From the NCBI GenBank assembly GCA_002427325.1, contig DIQS01000033.1, forward strand, positions 37,396-76,523: a stretch of 39,128 nucleotides of DNA. Direction: 5' to 3'. This DNA is from Cloacimonetes bacterium UBA5456. Lineage in GTDB: Bacteria; Cloacimonadota; Cloacimonadia; Cloacimonadales; Cloacimonadaceae. Below the pieces are notes generated by a model. It had not been told where the DNA came from. It ran no database searches and saw only the letters and a list, made by a program, of their open reading frames with translations. Numbering within the stretch: the first letter of the stretch is position 1; each line of letters starts with the position of its first letter. This document shows, piece by piece, positions 25,176-34,745 of the stretch. The position numbers and the translations under genes were made by a program.

Positions 25176-26420
25176 TTAGAAATACCTCGCTGCCTCTTTG
25201 AGTCTTTCGGCGGTCTTGGGTCCCAAACCGTCCAAACCGGCAATTTCGTCCATGGACGCTTGGAAGATATCCTGAACAGAGGTATATCCTGCAGCGCGCA
25301 AGACTTCCGCAAGCTTAGGCGTCACGCCGTCGAGATCGCTGACGTGGCTGATAGTACGGCGTTCTTTTGCCATCTTCTCTTCATATTCTTCGGCAGTGAA
25401 GATGTCAATTTTGAGCTCAGTTAGCTTTGCTGCAAGCTTCACGTTTTTGCCTTGTTTACCGATGGCAGTAACCTTATCCTGAGCATCCACAATGACGAAT
25501 GCCGCTCTGCCGCGATCGATCACCACGCGGCGGATGGTGTTCACACCCAGAGCGTTAATCACTTTTTGCTGCAAATCTTCGCTATACACCACGAGGTCTA
25601 TCTGTTCGCCGTGCAACTCTCTGCGAATGCTGTCAATACGCGTGCCTTTGGGTCCCACACATTCCGTGATGGGATCAATCCCTTCTTCGAGGGCCTCAAG
25701 CTCAACTTTTGTGCGAATCCCGGGATCGCGAACAATCTTGCGAATCCTGAGTTTATCGGCGAAAATGGCCGGAATCTCTGCCTCAAACAGGCGTTTCACA
25801 AACTCCGGATTGGTGCGCGAGAGAATGACCGTAATGCTCTTTTCTTTGTGCATCTTGCGAACGTTTGTGACATAAGCTTTTATGCTGTCGCCGACGCGAT
25901 AATATTCATCTTCTATCTGTTCGTCCAAGGGAAGGAGGGCGTCGGTGTAGCCGATATCCACTCTATAGCCGCCATTTTGCTCGTCTATAGCCTTGATTCT
26001 GCCGGAAACGATGGTATGTTTCTGCTTATCAAAGTCGTTTTGGATCTTCTCATCTTCCATCTCGCGAATCTTATCCTGAATGATCTTTTGCACAGTCTTA
26101 ACCAGCTTGGGCTCAAACTCTTGCAAGGATAGTTCCTTTTGAATAAAGTCGCCCAACATCGCCTCGGCGTCATAATATCCCTGAGCTTCAGCCAAAGTAA
26201 TCTCACCTATGCCGGTCTCTTGCTCCACAACCCTGCATTTATAGCGAACTTTAATACAGCTATTTTCTTTATCGATAAACACTTCAAGCTCATTTTCCGG
26301 TTCCAGCCTCTTTGACAAAGTGCTGATTATGGATTCAACGATGATCTCTTGAATCCGAGCTCCATCCAATTGCTTGATCGCTGCAAGCTTGATCACTGCG
26401 TCCAAAATATTAGCGTTCAT
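25176..26420 (-). CDS. nusA: Transcription termination/antitermination factor NusA
   Basis: I prefer the ATG at 26420 (MNANILDAVIKLAAIKQLDGARIQEII...), a typical NusA N terminus. S1 and KH regions follow, then a C-terminal helix-hairpin-helix (LDGLGPKTAERL). The track ORF extends to 26540 inside rimP. Confidence 0.93.
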   Translation of the reverse strand: MNANILDAVIKLAAIKQLDGARIQEIIVESIISTLSKRLEPENELEVFIDKENSCIKVRYKCRVVEQETGIGEITLAEAQGYYDAEAMLGDFIQKELSLQEFEPKLVKTVQKIIQDKIREMEDEKIQNDFDKQKHTIVSGRIKAIDEQNGGYRVDIGYTDALLPLDEQIEDEYYRVGDSIKAYVTNVRKMHKEKSITVILSRTNPEFVKRLFEAEIPAIFADKLRIRKIVRDPGIRTKVELEALEEGIDPITECVGPKGTRIDSIRRELHGEQIDLVVYSEDLQQKVINALGVNTIRRVVIDRGRAAFVIVDAQDKVTAIGKQGKNVKLAAKLTELKIDIFTAEEYEEKMAKERRTISHVSDLDGVTPKLAEVLRAAGYTSVQDIFQASMDEIAGLDGLGPKTAERLKEAARYF

Positions 26421-26889
26421 TATCACTTCCCCGGGGTAGTCCCAAATATACTGTTTTTGCGCGGGATATAGCGCGCAGGGGAATCTCAATTCTCTCGCCC
26501 CTGTCATCCAAAACCACCATATCCTGATGTACTTCCACAAGCGTGCCCATCACCGAATGCTTGTTCTCTTCCAGTTGATATTGGACGGCAACCTTCTCTT
26601 GAATGGCGCTCACCCAATGCGTTTTGAGCTTGAGAGGCCGCTCCAATCCAGGAGATGAAACCTCTAAAAAGTAACGATCCGGAATGAGATCAAGGTTGTC
26701 CAAATCAGAACTCAAAGCCCTGCTAAACTTCGCAACTTCATCCAGGGTAACGCCGCCGATCTTCGTAAGATAAACTACGATGATGCGCCCCTTTCCGCTC
26801 ATCTTTTCATCGATGTCGTAAAGTGCCACGTTCATCTCGGAACAGATCCTCTTGGCTATTTCTTCAATCTGAGTTCGGTAATATCGCAC
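26410..26889 (-). CDS. rimP: Ribosome maturation factor RimP
   Basis: 159 aa with a GTG start. YFLEVSSPGLERPLK is the RimP hallmark. It overlaps the nusA start by 11 nt. Confidence 0.9.
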   Translation of the reverse strand: MRYYRTQIEEIAKRICSEMNVALYDIDEKMSGKGRIIVVYLTKIGGVTLDEVAKFSRALSSDLDNLDLIPDRYFLEVSSPGLERPLKLKTHWVSAIQEKVAVQYQLEENKHSVMGTLVEVHQDMVVLDDRGERIEIPLRAISRAKTVYLGLPRGSDNER

Positions 26890-27085
26890 CTTAAATACCT
26901 CTTTATCATGCGGAAAACCGCATTAAATCTTATGTTTCATATTAAATCCGCTTTGCACCGAGAAAAACGGCATACCGGATTTGCTTCAAAAAAAATAGCT
27001 ATACAAAGTAGCTATCTAATTTGCCCGCAATAGCGGGAACCACAACAACTTAAAGCCGATTTTGACGGCTTCTTTCATATAAGAC

Positions 27086-27113
27086 AAAATAAAATGTCGC
27101 TGTATCGTGTCAA
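27086..27113 (-). promoter_or_regulatory. Candidate sigma70-type promoter of the rimP-nusA-infB operon
   Basis: On the minus strand: TTGACA (27113-27108), 16-nt spacer, TATTTT (27091-27086), about 200 nt upstream of the rimP GTG. Confidence 0.3.
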
Positions 27114-27322
27114 GATAAATGTTTTTTTAATTCTATCGCAGGGACGCTTTTCTACTTCGCGGCGTTTGATATTGTTGTTTCTTAGGAGTTTTTGTGCTGA
27201 ATATGACTCAAGTTACACAAAGATGAATCGAGAAATGTTTGGGTATAAATGGGCACATAAGCATTCTCAATAGGGGATATTTGCTCGCACTAACAATCAA
27301 ACTCATGAATAATGACGATAAA

Positions 27323-27428
27323 CCATTGCTTCCTTAGAGGATACAGCTTAGCTTGCGCTTATGATGTGCTCATGCCTATGACCATATCATGACCAGATCA
27401 TGACCAGAAACCTCTAAGGAAGAGGCTG
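27323..27428 (+). repeat. Copy C (complete, most diverged) of the palindromic intergenic repeat
   Basis: It has the same layout as copy B. The outer stem is CTTCCTTAGAGG (27329-27340) with CCTCTAAGGAAG (27411-27422), 12 perfect bp. The 11-mers are TATGACCATAT, CATGACCAGAT, CATGACCAGAA (27377-27409). Confidence 0.85.
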
Positions 27429-27610
27429 TAAGCAGGCAATAATTTGCCGTTTTCAATCTCAGAATTGCGCTGATTTCGAAAAAATTAGCTGTTAATATTT
27501 TAGGTTTTGCAACCGATTTTCTTGCGGCGATAATCTGTTTCTTGGAGCTTTTTGCTGGGCTCGACTGTCGGCTTCAAAGGTCATCGCTGCAATGTATCTT
27601 AAATGGCGGC

Positions 27611-28747
27611 TTATTTTATGATCAAAATATAGAGGTCGTTTACGTTGCAGCCCGTGTATCTACCAGGAATTATGCCGCCGATCTTGTTCAATATCTCAAA
27701 GGAATTAAAGTCTTTTAGAGCAGCTTTTGGATCGCCGATTTCTTGCATTTTTGCCCAGCTAAGATTGTTGACAATTGCACCGCCACTTTCTTTCAGATTG
27801 TCGTTCCCATCGCTGCTGTGCGCACAAAATAATATCTCTTTTTCACCGGATATCCTGCGTGCAAGCGCCAGAGCCAGATGGCTAAGCCTGCCGCCACTAC
27901 CCTTGCCCGTCACCTGCAGAGAGCATTCTCCGCCAAAGAGATAGACCCCTTTCGCCGCGTTTTGAGCAAATTTCCCTAATGCCACCGCAAATTCTTCGCT
28001 ATCTTCCTGAACATATCTCGATGCCAGCCGCACGAAATAGTCCGGAAAGCTCTTGAGCAAGCGCTTTTCAAGTATCTTTTTGAGTGAGAGATTGTTCCCC
28101 ACCAGAAAGTGATTTTTAACCTGTGGAAGGTAGAAAGGCCCGCTACCGATCGTTGCCGGATCGTCGCCCGCAACATCACTGAGCAGAAAGACTTGCGTCT
28201 TTGCAGGAGGGAAAAGCTCTGCCGCTCCACCGCCTTTCACCCGCGAATATTCCCGCCTTTTCTTATTGATCTGTTCTATATCCAAACCACAGCGTAGCAA
28301 GGTCTTATTAAGCGCAACTACCTCATCGAAGCTCACCCCCTCACGCGGATATTCAAAAAGCGAGGAAGTGCCGCCAGAAAGCAGGATAATCAGCTCGTGA
28401 TCATGCGGAATTGAGCTGATCCTATTGATGATTGTGCGGCTATGTTTCTCTGTGTTTTCATCCGGCACGGGATGCCCCGCTTCAAAGATGTGTGAGCGCA
28501 TATCTTGCGGCAAATCATGAGGATAGAAGCCGTGCTTTGTAAGGATATCCAAGCTGAGCACCTGTTTTTGAGGCAAGGTATTCATCGCGGCAATCGCCAT
28601 TTGCGTAGCCGCCTTGCCAACGCTGAGCACATGCAGGGGCGCATCTTTCACATTTCTCTGAATCATCCATCTGAGACGGCGATATTTTGCCATCTGCCTC
28701 AGCGATTTATCCACTGTTTTGAGTAGGGTTTTTTCCAGGTTTTTCAT
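27611..28747 (-). CDS. Glycerate 2-kinase-like protein (DUF4147/MOFRL family)
   Basis: 378 aa. Motifs VLSVGKAATQMA, EAGHPVPDE, LLSGGTSSLF, SRVKGGG, LLSDVAGDDPATIGSGPF, GGECSLQVTGKGSGGRLSHLALALA, SDGNDN and TGCNVNDL. Confidence 0.8.
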   Translation of the reverse strand: MKNLEKTLLKTVDKSLRQMAKYRRLRWMIQRNVKDAPLHVLSVGKAATQMAIAAMNTLPQKQVLSLDILTKHGFYPHDLPQDMRSHIFEAGHPVPDENTEKHSRTIINRISSIPHDHELIILLSGGTSSLFEYPREGVSFDEVVALNKTLLRCGLDIEQINKKRREYSRVKGGGAAELFPPAKTQVFLLSDVAGDDPATIGSGPFYLPQVKNHFLVGNNLSLKKILEKRLLKSFPDYFVRLASRYVQEDSEEFAVALGKFAQNAAKGVYLFGGECSLQVTGKGSGGRLSHLALALARRISGEKEILFCAHSSDGNDNLKESGGAIVNNLSWAKMQEIGDPKAALKDFNSFEILNKIGGIIPGRYTGCNVNDLYILIIK

Positions 28748-28758
28748 GTATATTCTCT

Positions 28759-31206
28759 TTAAAAATGAAATTCAATTCTTTGTATGGTATAGCGATAAAG
28801 CTCCTCGCGTGAAAAGCCTATCAGCGCTTCCAAGACATCATAAAGCGCCGGACTTTGCAGCGACTTCTTGAGCAAAAGTCCCTCGTCGAGCATTTTCCAA
28901 CTGAGCACTATCTCCTTGAGATCATAGCTTTTACTGCGCTTTTCCGTTTCTTTCACGAATACGAGGTTTTCTTTTTGGTCGAACCGCTTCAGTGCCTCAA
29001 TTGCGCGGGATTTTGCCTCCTCTCCCATCTTGATGATCAAGCTTTCATCTTTCGCTTGCTCAGCTTTTTGAGGTAGAAAATCGATCCTAAACACTCTGAA
29101 ACCGGGTATTTGTGTCTGAGCCATCGCACGCTCCATTTCTTCTAAACCATAAGAGCGATAAAAAGAGATGTCGAAGTATTCGCTAACGCTTTCCACTCCA
29201 AGGGGTAAGGGCGGTGAAAGACTGATCTTCGGATGAGGCGAAAAGCCTTTTGTGAAGACAGTTAGTAAGTCCAGCGTGGACACCCGGCGAAATAGCATGC
29301 GCATCCAATCTAAATGGGAAACGAAGCGCAAAAGTCCAGTTTTTTCATAGTGCATCCGATAGCGATATTGCTTGTGCTGGTCGCACTTGAACTCTTCTTT
29401 TGCCCGTTTCGGCGGCTCAATGCTGTGCATTTTTTGCGCATTGCGAGTGAGCACCTCACCCTCGCAAGCCCCGCAAAGTCCGCAAAGCTCACGACAATCC
29501 TCGGTAAGCTCTTCCTTCAAAGATTTCTCATATTCTCTGAGGAGAAACTCTTTCTCCACACGGATGTCGATAAAGTCCCACGGCAGAGGCTCTTGAGGAT
29601 CGCGTGCCCCGCACATATCCTCTACTTTCAGCCCCACAAAGTCGAAAGCTTCTTGCCAAATCGACCAATCCCAATGCTCTTTCCAGCCGTCATATAGCGC
29701 GCCTTTGTCCCATGCACGATGCAACACTTTTGCCATGCTGAGGTCTCCGCGAGCCAGACAGGCATCCAAAACAGAGTTCTCAATCACATGATATTTGATG
29801 CGTATATTACGGTATTTTATGAGATTATGCTTAACTCTCAGAGCGCGTTCCAGCAGGATTTCAGGGCTTTGCATCTTTGTCCATTGAAATGGCGTGAAAG
29901 GCTTTGGCGTAAAAGGAGATAGGGTCACATTTATGCTCATGCGCTTGCCTGCCATTTTGTTGATCTTCTCAATCAACGCCACGATTTGATCGATATCATC
30001 TTCAGTTTCAGTAGGCAAGCCAATCATGAAATAGAGTTTAATCTTTTGCCAGCCAAGCTTTTGAGCAATCGCCACACCCTCCAAGATTTCCTCTTCGCTG
30101 AGGTTCTTATTGATCACGTCCCTCAGCCTCTGACTTCCCGCTTCCGGTGCAATGGTAAGCCCCTCTCGTCCAAGGCTTTGCATCAGACTCACCAAGCTAT
30201 CATCCAAAGAATCCACACGCAAAGAAGGCAGGGAAATATGCGTGCGCTTTGTATCCACTCTCTGCAAAAGCGCCAAAAGAAGCTCGCGAATACAGGAGTA
30301 ATCGCTGCTGGAAAGCGAGACCAAACCCGCTTCATCCCAACCGGAACTCTCCACCTCGCGCAAAAGATCGTCCAAAATCTGGTTCGGATTCCGCTCGCGC
30401 ACCGGTCTATAAAAATAGCCGGCATGACAAAAACGGCAACCTCTTGAACAGCCGCGCATTATCTCAGCCACATAGCGATTATGTGTAGCCAATTGCCAGC
30501 TCAAAAGCTGCGGCTCATGCTTGACCTTTCCCTCATGGAAAGAGGCGAATTTGCGGCTTTTAATCACGCTATCCGGCAAAGCAACGTCCCATTGACCATT
30601 CCCAAAATACTGTGGAACCCAGACCCCTTCAATCCCTTTCAAAGCGTCCAAGCGCTGCGCCCTATCTTTATACTTTCTCAACACTTCGGCAATCTCGACT
30701 ATCCCCTCTTCCGCCTCTCCAAAAAAGAAAGCATCGATAAATGGAGCTAAAGGCAGAGGATTACTGATGCAAGGGCCGCCAGCTAAAACTATCGGATCAG
30801 TGTCTTTACGCTCTCTTAAGAATACCGAAATACCGCTACTATTGATCAGCTCCAAAGCCCCGCTATAGGTGAGCTCGCTCTGGAAAGTGATCCCAAGAAC
30901 ATCAAATTCTGAAGCCGAGCGCCGACTTTCCACCCCATACAAAGGTAGTTTTTCCGCTTTGAGCGCATCGAGAAAGTCCCGCGCAGGCAGGTAAACGCGG
31001 TCAGCCATGGCATAAGGGAGTGCATTTATGACAGAATAGAGTATCTTGAGCCCAAGATGCGAGACGCCGAGCTCATAAATGTCGGGAAATCCAAAGAGTA
31101 TACGTAGTTCCGCCGCCTCAAAATCCTTGTGGCAAGCATTGATTTCATTGTCGATATAGCGCGATGGTTTTTGCACCAAAGGCAGGAGATGTTCAAATTC
31201 TATCAT
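28759..31206 (-). CDS. Radical SAM protein (TIGR03960-like, B12-binding-like N-domain) fused to a DUF2344/TIGR03936-like domain
   Basis: 815 aa. The CSRGCRFCHAGY cluster is the CxxxCxxC motif. The C-terminal third (YEKTGLLRFVSHLDWMRMLFRR...GFSPHPKISLSPPLPLGVESVSEYFDI) matches the DUF2344 pattern. Confidence 0.85.
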   Translation of the reverse strand: MIEFEHLLPLVQKPSRYIDNEINACHKDFEAAELRILFGFPDIYELGVSHLGLKILYSVINALPYAMADRVYLPARDFLDALKAEKLPLYGVESRRSASEFDVLGITFQSELTYSGALELINSSGISVFLRERKDTDPIVLAGGPCISNPLPLAPFIDAFFFGEAEEGIVEIAEVLRKYKDRAQRLDALKGIEGVWVPQYFGNGQWDVALPDSVIKSRKFASFHEGKVKHEPQLLSWQLATHNRYVAEIMRGCSRGCRFCHAGYFYRPVRERNPNQILDDLLREVESSGWDEAGLVSLSSSDYSCIRELLLALLQRVDTKRTHISLPSLRVDSLDDSLVSLMQSLGREGLTIAPEAGSQRLRDVINKNLSEEEILEGVAIAQKLGWQKIKLYFMIGLPTETEDDIDQIVALIEKINKMAGKRMSINVTLSPFTPKPFTPFQWTKMQSPEILLERALRVKHNLIKYRNIRIKYHVIENSVLDACLARGDLSMAKVLHRAWDKGALYDGWKEHWDWSIWQEAFDFVGLKVEDMCGARDPQEPLPWDFIDIRVEKEFLLREYEKSLKEELTEDCRELCGLCGACEGEVLTRNAQKMHSIEPPKRAKEEFKCDQHKQYRYRMHYEKTGLLRFVSHLDWMRMLFRRVSTLDLLTVFTKGFSPHPKISLSPPLPLGVESVSEYFDISFYRSYGLEEMERAMAQTQIPGFRVFRIDFLPQKAEQAKDESLIIKMGEEAKSRAIEALKRFDQKENLVFVKETEKRSKSYDLKEIVLSWKMLDEGLLLKKSLQSPALYDVLEALIGFSREELYRYTIQRIEFHF

Positions 31207-31394
31207 TATAATACACCGTTTTTTCTTTGTTCTTGCAATAAATTGTGAATACCGCTATTTGGTCAAGTAAAAGCTTTTTGATCTTTGTAATTACGTCTGT
31301 GAGAAAGAGATTGGCCGGGAAAGCGCAAAGCCACTCCATCTCTTTTTGCAATATCGACACGGTTTATTTATGCCATCTTCTTGAAACACAAAGT

Positions 31395-31808
31395 TCAGCG
31401 GACAATCAAAACAATGGCAGAGACGAGCACTGCGCCCACGAGATTCGCGATCAGATCAAGCGGATTAAAAGTCCTCCACGGGACTAAAAGTTGCAAAGTT
31501 TCAAGCAGTAGAGCAAATAGGAATGTCAACGCTATCAGCTTCGATTTCTCTCTTGACATAAATATTTGAGTTTTGAGGCACTTAGCCAGCAGATATATTC
31601 CAGAAAATCCCAGCATGATCACGGCATGCACCAGATAGTCGAGCCGAAAGATAATCCTTTCCTTGTTGAGCGTGACATTAGCCTTGCCCAATGGGATGAC
31701 ATTCATCAGCACGAGAAAAAGGGCAAAACCCCAATATAGGCCTTTCACAAAACCTTGGTATTTCACATTTTTGCGCCCTTTTTTACTCTCCATTTTGTCT
31801 TGATTCAT
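31395..31808 (-). CDS. VanZ-like family membrane protein
   Basis: 137 aa with four hydrophobic segments. LLETLQLLVPWRTFNPLDLIANLVGAVL matches the VanZ-like C-terminal motif. Confidence 0.7.
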   Translation of the reverse strand: MNQDKMESKKGRKNVKYQGFVKGLYWGFALFLVLMNVIPLGKANVTLNKERIIFRLDYLVHAVIMLGFSGIYLLAKCLKTQIFMSREKSKLIALTFLFALLLETLQLLVPWRTFNPLDLIANLVGAVLVSAIVLIVR

Positions 31809-31824
31809 AGCCCCAGTATCAGGT

Positions 31825-32529
31825 TCAACCCCTCAGTTCCAATAAAACCCTGTTTTCCTCTGCCCAGCTATGTAAATCCCGATATTTCACGCTGTTTTGC
31901 CAATCCTGAACACCAAAATCAACAGGCTCAATACCATCCAAGGTGGTGGAATATGAACAAGGCTGGAGGTAATATCTATCCCCCGCTTTTAGGAGGATGC
32001 GTATCTCTTCAAGTGCATTTGAGCTAAGGATTTCCGGCATCACCGTGGTGCGGAATTCATACTGCACTCCGGAGAGGCGGATCAGCTCCATGCTACGCAA
32101 GATATCCGAGGGATTAATGTCTGCATTACACATTGTGTGATAGTTATTTAGCGGTGCTTTGATGTCCATGGCAAAATAGTCGATTAGTCCTGCATGAATC
32201 AGCTTTGCCAAGACCTCGGGACGGGAGCCGTTTGTATCCAGCTTGATCTTGAAACCAAGCTCTTTGACTTGTTTGAGAAAATCACAGAGTCCGTCTTGCA
32301 AGGTGGGCTCACCGCCTGTAACAACCACTGCGCTGAGCTTGCCGATCCGGCTTTTCAGGAAGCTAAAAACATCCTTTTCCGAGATCGGCTCAGCATATTT
32401 AGAGGGGAGCACCAGCTCCGGATTGTGACAATATGGACAGCGGAAATTGCAGCCTTGAGTGAAGACAATCGCACTCATCTCCTTGGGATAATCCAAGAGA
32501 GAAAAACGCTGCAATCCGCCAATTATCAT
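31825..32529 (-). CDS. nrdG: Anaerobic ribonucleoside-triphosphate reductase activating protein (radical SAM)
   Basis: 234 aa. FTQGCNFRCPYCHNPEL is the cluster motif and VVVTGGEPTLQ follows. It overlaps the nrdD stop by 4 nt. Confidence 0.92.
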   Translation of the reverse strand: MIIGGLQRFSLLDYPKEMSAIVFTQGCNFRCPYCHNPELVLPSKYAEPISEKDVFSFLKSRIGKLSAVVVTGGEPTLQDGLCDFLKQVKELGFKIKLDTNGSRPEVLAKLIHAGLIDYFAMDIKAPLNNYHTMCNADINPSDILRSMELIRLSGVQYEFRTTVMPEILSSNALEEIRILLKAGDRYYLQPCSYSTTLDGIEPVDFGVQDWQNSVKYRDLHSWAEENRVLLELRG

Positions 32530-34646
32530 GAGATTAGCTCTTCTTCTTTGATTTTGGGAAGGGAGGATTCTTCGGTGACGAAAGTTGTGCGCAGTTCAAA
32601 TTCTGCCTTCTTGCCTTCGTTCCATTGCGAGACCGGACGGAGATAGCCCACGATGCGCGAAAAGACCTCGGTGATCGCACCGCATTTGGGGCAAGAGCTT
32701 TTCTCTCCATCGAGATAGCCGTGCTCCGGACAGATGCTGAACGTGGGCGAAAAAGTGAAGTATGGCAGACGATAGTTATCGCAAACGGTTTTGACCAGCT
32801 TTTTCACGCTCTCACCGTGTTCAAGGCGTTCTCCACCAAAGATATGCAGCACGGTTCCGCCGGTATATTTGCTCTGAAGCTCGTCCTGTTTATCCAAAAC
32901 CTCAAAGACGTCATCGCTATAGTTCACAGGCAGTTGGGTGCTGTTTGTATAGAATGGAGTTTCCTCATTCGGATTAGCGCTGATGATATCGGGATAGTCG
33001 CGCTTGTCGAGAACAGCGAGGCGATAGCTCGTCCCTTCCGCCGGAGTAGCTTCGAGGTTATAGTTATTTGAGGTAAGTTCTTGGAATTCAATGAGTCTCT
33101 CACGCAGATAGTCCATAATTTTGGCGGCAAAAGCCTGCCCCTCATCACTGCCTATTCCCTTGCCAAAGAAGTTGATGCAAGCTTCGTTCATGCCGATGAT
33201 TCCAATGGTGGAAAAGTGGTTTTTCCAATATTGGTCAAAACGTTCTTTGATGCTTTTCAGATAGAAACGAGTATAGGGATAGAGCCCGCTATCGGTATAG
33301 TTTTCCAATATCTTGCGCTTGATCTCTAAAGAGGACATGGCGAGATTGAGAACCTTGAGTAAGCGCTCAAAGAAGTCCTCTTCATCGCTTGCGAGATAGC
33401 CGATCCTGGGCAGATTGAGAGTGACCACGCCAACTGAGCCCGTGAGCGGGTTTGCACCAAAGAGTCCGCCTCCGCGTGCTTCCAGCTTCCTGGTATCCAA
33501 ACGCAGGCGACAACACATGCTACGGGCATCGTTGGGGTCCATATCGCTATTCACAAAGTTCGAGAAATAAGGGATGCCATACTTCGCCGTGGCTTCCCAA
33601 AGATGCTCAATGGCAGGGTTTTCCCAGTCAAAATCCTTGGTGATATTATAGGTCGGGATGGGGAAAGTAAAGACTCTGCCTTTGGCGTCGCCTCCAATCA
33701 TCACTTCCAAAAATGCCTTGTTCAACATATCCATCTCAGGCTGAAAATCACTGTAGCTTAGCTCCTGCGGCTCACCTCCAATAATCACGGGCTGATCTTT
33801 ATACATATCAGGCGGATAGAGGTCTAAAGTGATGTTTGTAAAAGGAGTCTGAAAGCCCACACGGGTGGGAACATTCACGTTGAAAACAAACTCTTGCAGA
33901 GCCTGCTTGACCTCGTCGTAAGAGAGATTATCATAGCGGATAAAAGGAGCAAGCAGGGTGTCAAAACTGGAGAATGCTTGAGCTCCCGCAGCTTCGCCTT
34001 GCAGGGTATAAAAGAAATTTACAATCTGTCCGAGTGCGCTACGAAAATGCCTCGCAGGCGAGCTTTCCACCTTTCCTTCCGCGCCCTTGAAGCCTGTCTG
34101 CAAGAGGTCTATGAGGTCCCAGCCCACGCAATAGACGGAAAGCTGTCCCAAGTCGTGAATGTGCATGGCACCGCTTTGATGAGCCTCACGAATCTCGGGC
34201 GGATAGACCTTATTCAACCAATAAGTTTTGCTCACCTCAGAGGCGATATAGTTGTTCAAACCTTGCAGTGAATATGCCATGTTTGAGTTCTCATTCACTT
34301 GCCAATCAAGCTTTTCGAGATATTGATCAATGAGCTGAACTCCCGCGGCGGAGACCATCTCACGAATCTGGGCATGCTGTTCGCGGTAGATAACATAAGC
34401 TTTTGCAGTCTGTTTATATGGAGAAGCGAGCAGCACCTCTTCAACAACGTCTTGAATCTCTTCAACATGCGGCGTGGTCGAGACAATTGCAGTCTGCATG
34501 AGACTCAATACCCTCAAAGTTAGTTTCTGGGCAATATCCTGCCCAAATTCACCTGTAGCCTCGCCGGCACGGGTTATGGCACGACTGATCTTACTTTGGT
34601 CAAAATCAGCAATTTGTCCGTTTCTTTTGCGGATCTTCGTGAACAT
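32526..34646 (-). CDS. nrdD: Anaerobic ribonucleoside-triphosphate reductase (class III) with an N-terminal ATP-cone
   Basis: 706 aa. The ATP-cone is KIRKRNGQIADFDQSKISRAI. The C-terminal Zn ribbon is CPEHGY...CPKCG. The glycyl-radical motif is SRIVGYLRP. Confidence 0.95.
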   Translation of the reverse strand: MFTKIRKRNGQIADFDQSKISRAITRAGEATGEFGQDIAQKLTLRVLSLMQTAIVSTTPHVEEIQDVVEEVLLASPYKQTAKAYVIYREQHAQIREMVSAAGVQLIDQYLEKLDWQVNENSNMAYSLQGLNNYIASEVSKTYWLNKVYPPEIREAHQSGAMHIHDLGQLSVYCVGWDLIDLLQTGFKGAEGKVESSPARHFRSALGQIVNFFYTLQGEAAGAQAFSSFDTLLAPFIRYDNLSYDEVKQALQEFVFNVNVPTRVGFQTPFTNITLDLYPPDMYKDQPVIIGGEPQELSYSDFQPEMDMLNKAFLEVMIGGDAKGRVFTFPIPTYNITKDFDWENPAIEHLWEATAKYGIPYFSNFVNSDMDPNDARSMCCRLRLDTRKLEARGGGLFGANPLTGSVGVVTLNLPRIGYLASDEEDFFERLLKVLNLAMSSLEIKRKILENYTDSGLYPYTRFYLKSIKERFDQYWKNHFSTIGIIGMNEACINFFGKGIGSDEGQAFAAKIMDYLRERLIEFQELTSNNYNLEATPAEGTSYRLAVLDKRDYPDIISANPNEETPFYTNSTQLPVNYSDDVFEVLDKQDELQSKYTGGTVLHIFGGERLEHGESVKKLVKTVCDNYRLPYFTFSPTFSICPEHGYLDGEKSSCPKCGAITEVFSRIVGYLRPVSQWNEGKKAEFELRTTFVTEESSLPKIKEEELIS

Positions 34647-34745
34647 AATAACTCCAAATATATATCTTTAATATCTTTCTATTCTATAATGACTTAGAGC
34701 CCCAAGGCGTAATATTTCAAAAGAGCCTCAGGCCTACGATTTACA

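Noticed and set aside
25175-25312. N-terminal extension of the ylxR ORF
   Set aside because: It overlaps the nusA 3' end. The conserved RTCVVCR motif belongs near the N terminus, which fits the ATG at 25174.
26421-26540. N-terminal extension of the nusA ORF (MWKYIRIWWFWMTG...)
   Set aside because: It would overlap rimP by 131 nt. It is Trp-rich nonsense sequence. The canonical NusA N terminus begins at the ATG at 26420.
26890-27322. Search for a tRNA, tmRNA, RNase P, SRP or 6S RNA in the long rimP upstream region
   Set aside because: There is no T-loop (GTTCRAATC) with flanking stems, no GAGGAAAGTCC (RNase P), no tmRNA termini and no SRP domain IV motif. Only short hairpins are present: ATGCGG-aaaa-CCGCAT at 26907-26922 and CCCGC-aata-GCGGG near 27026-27039.
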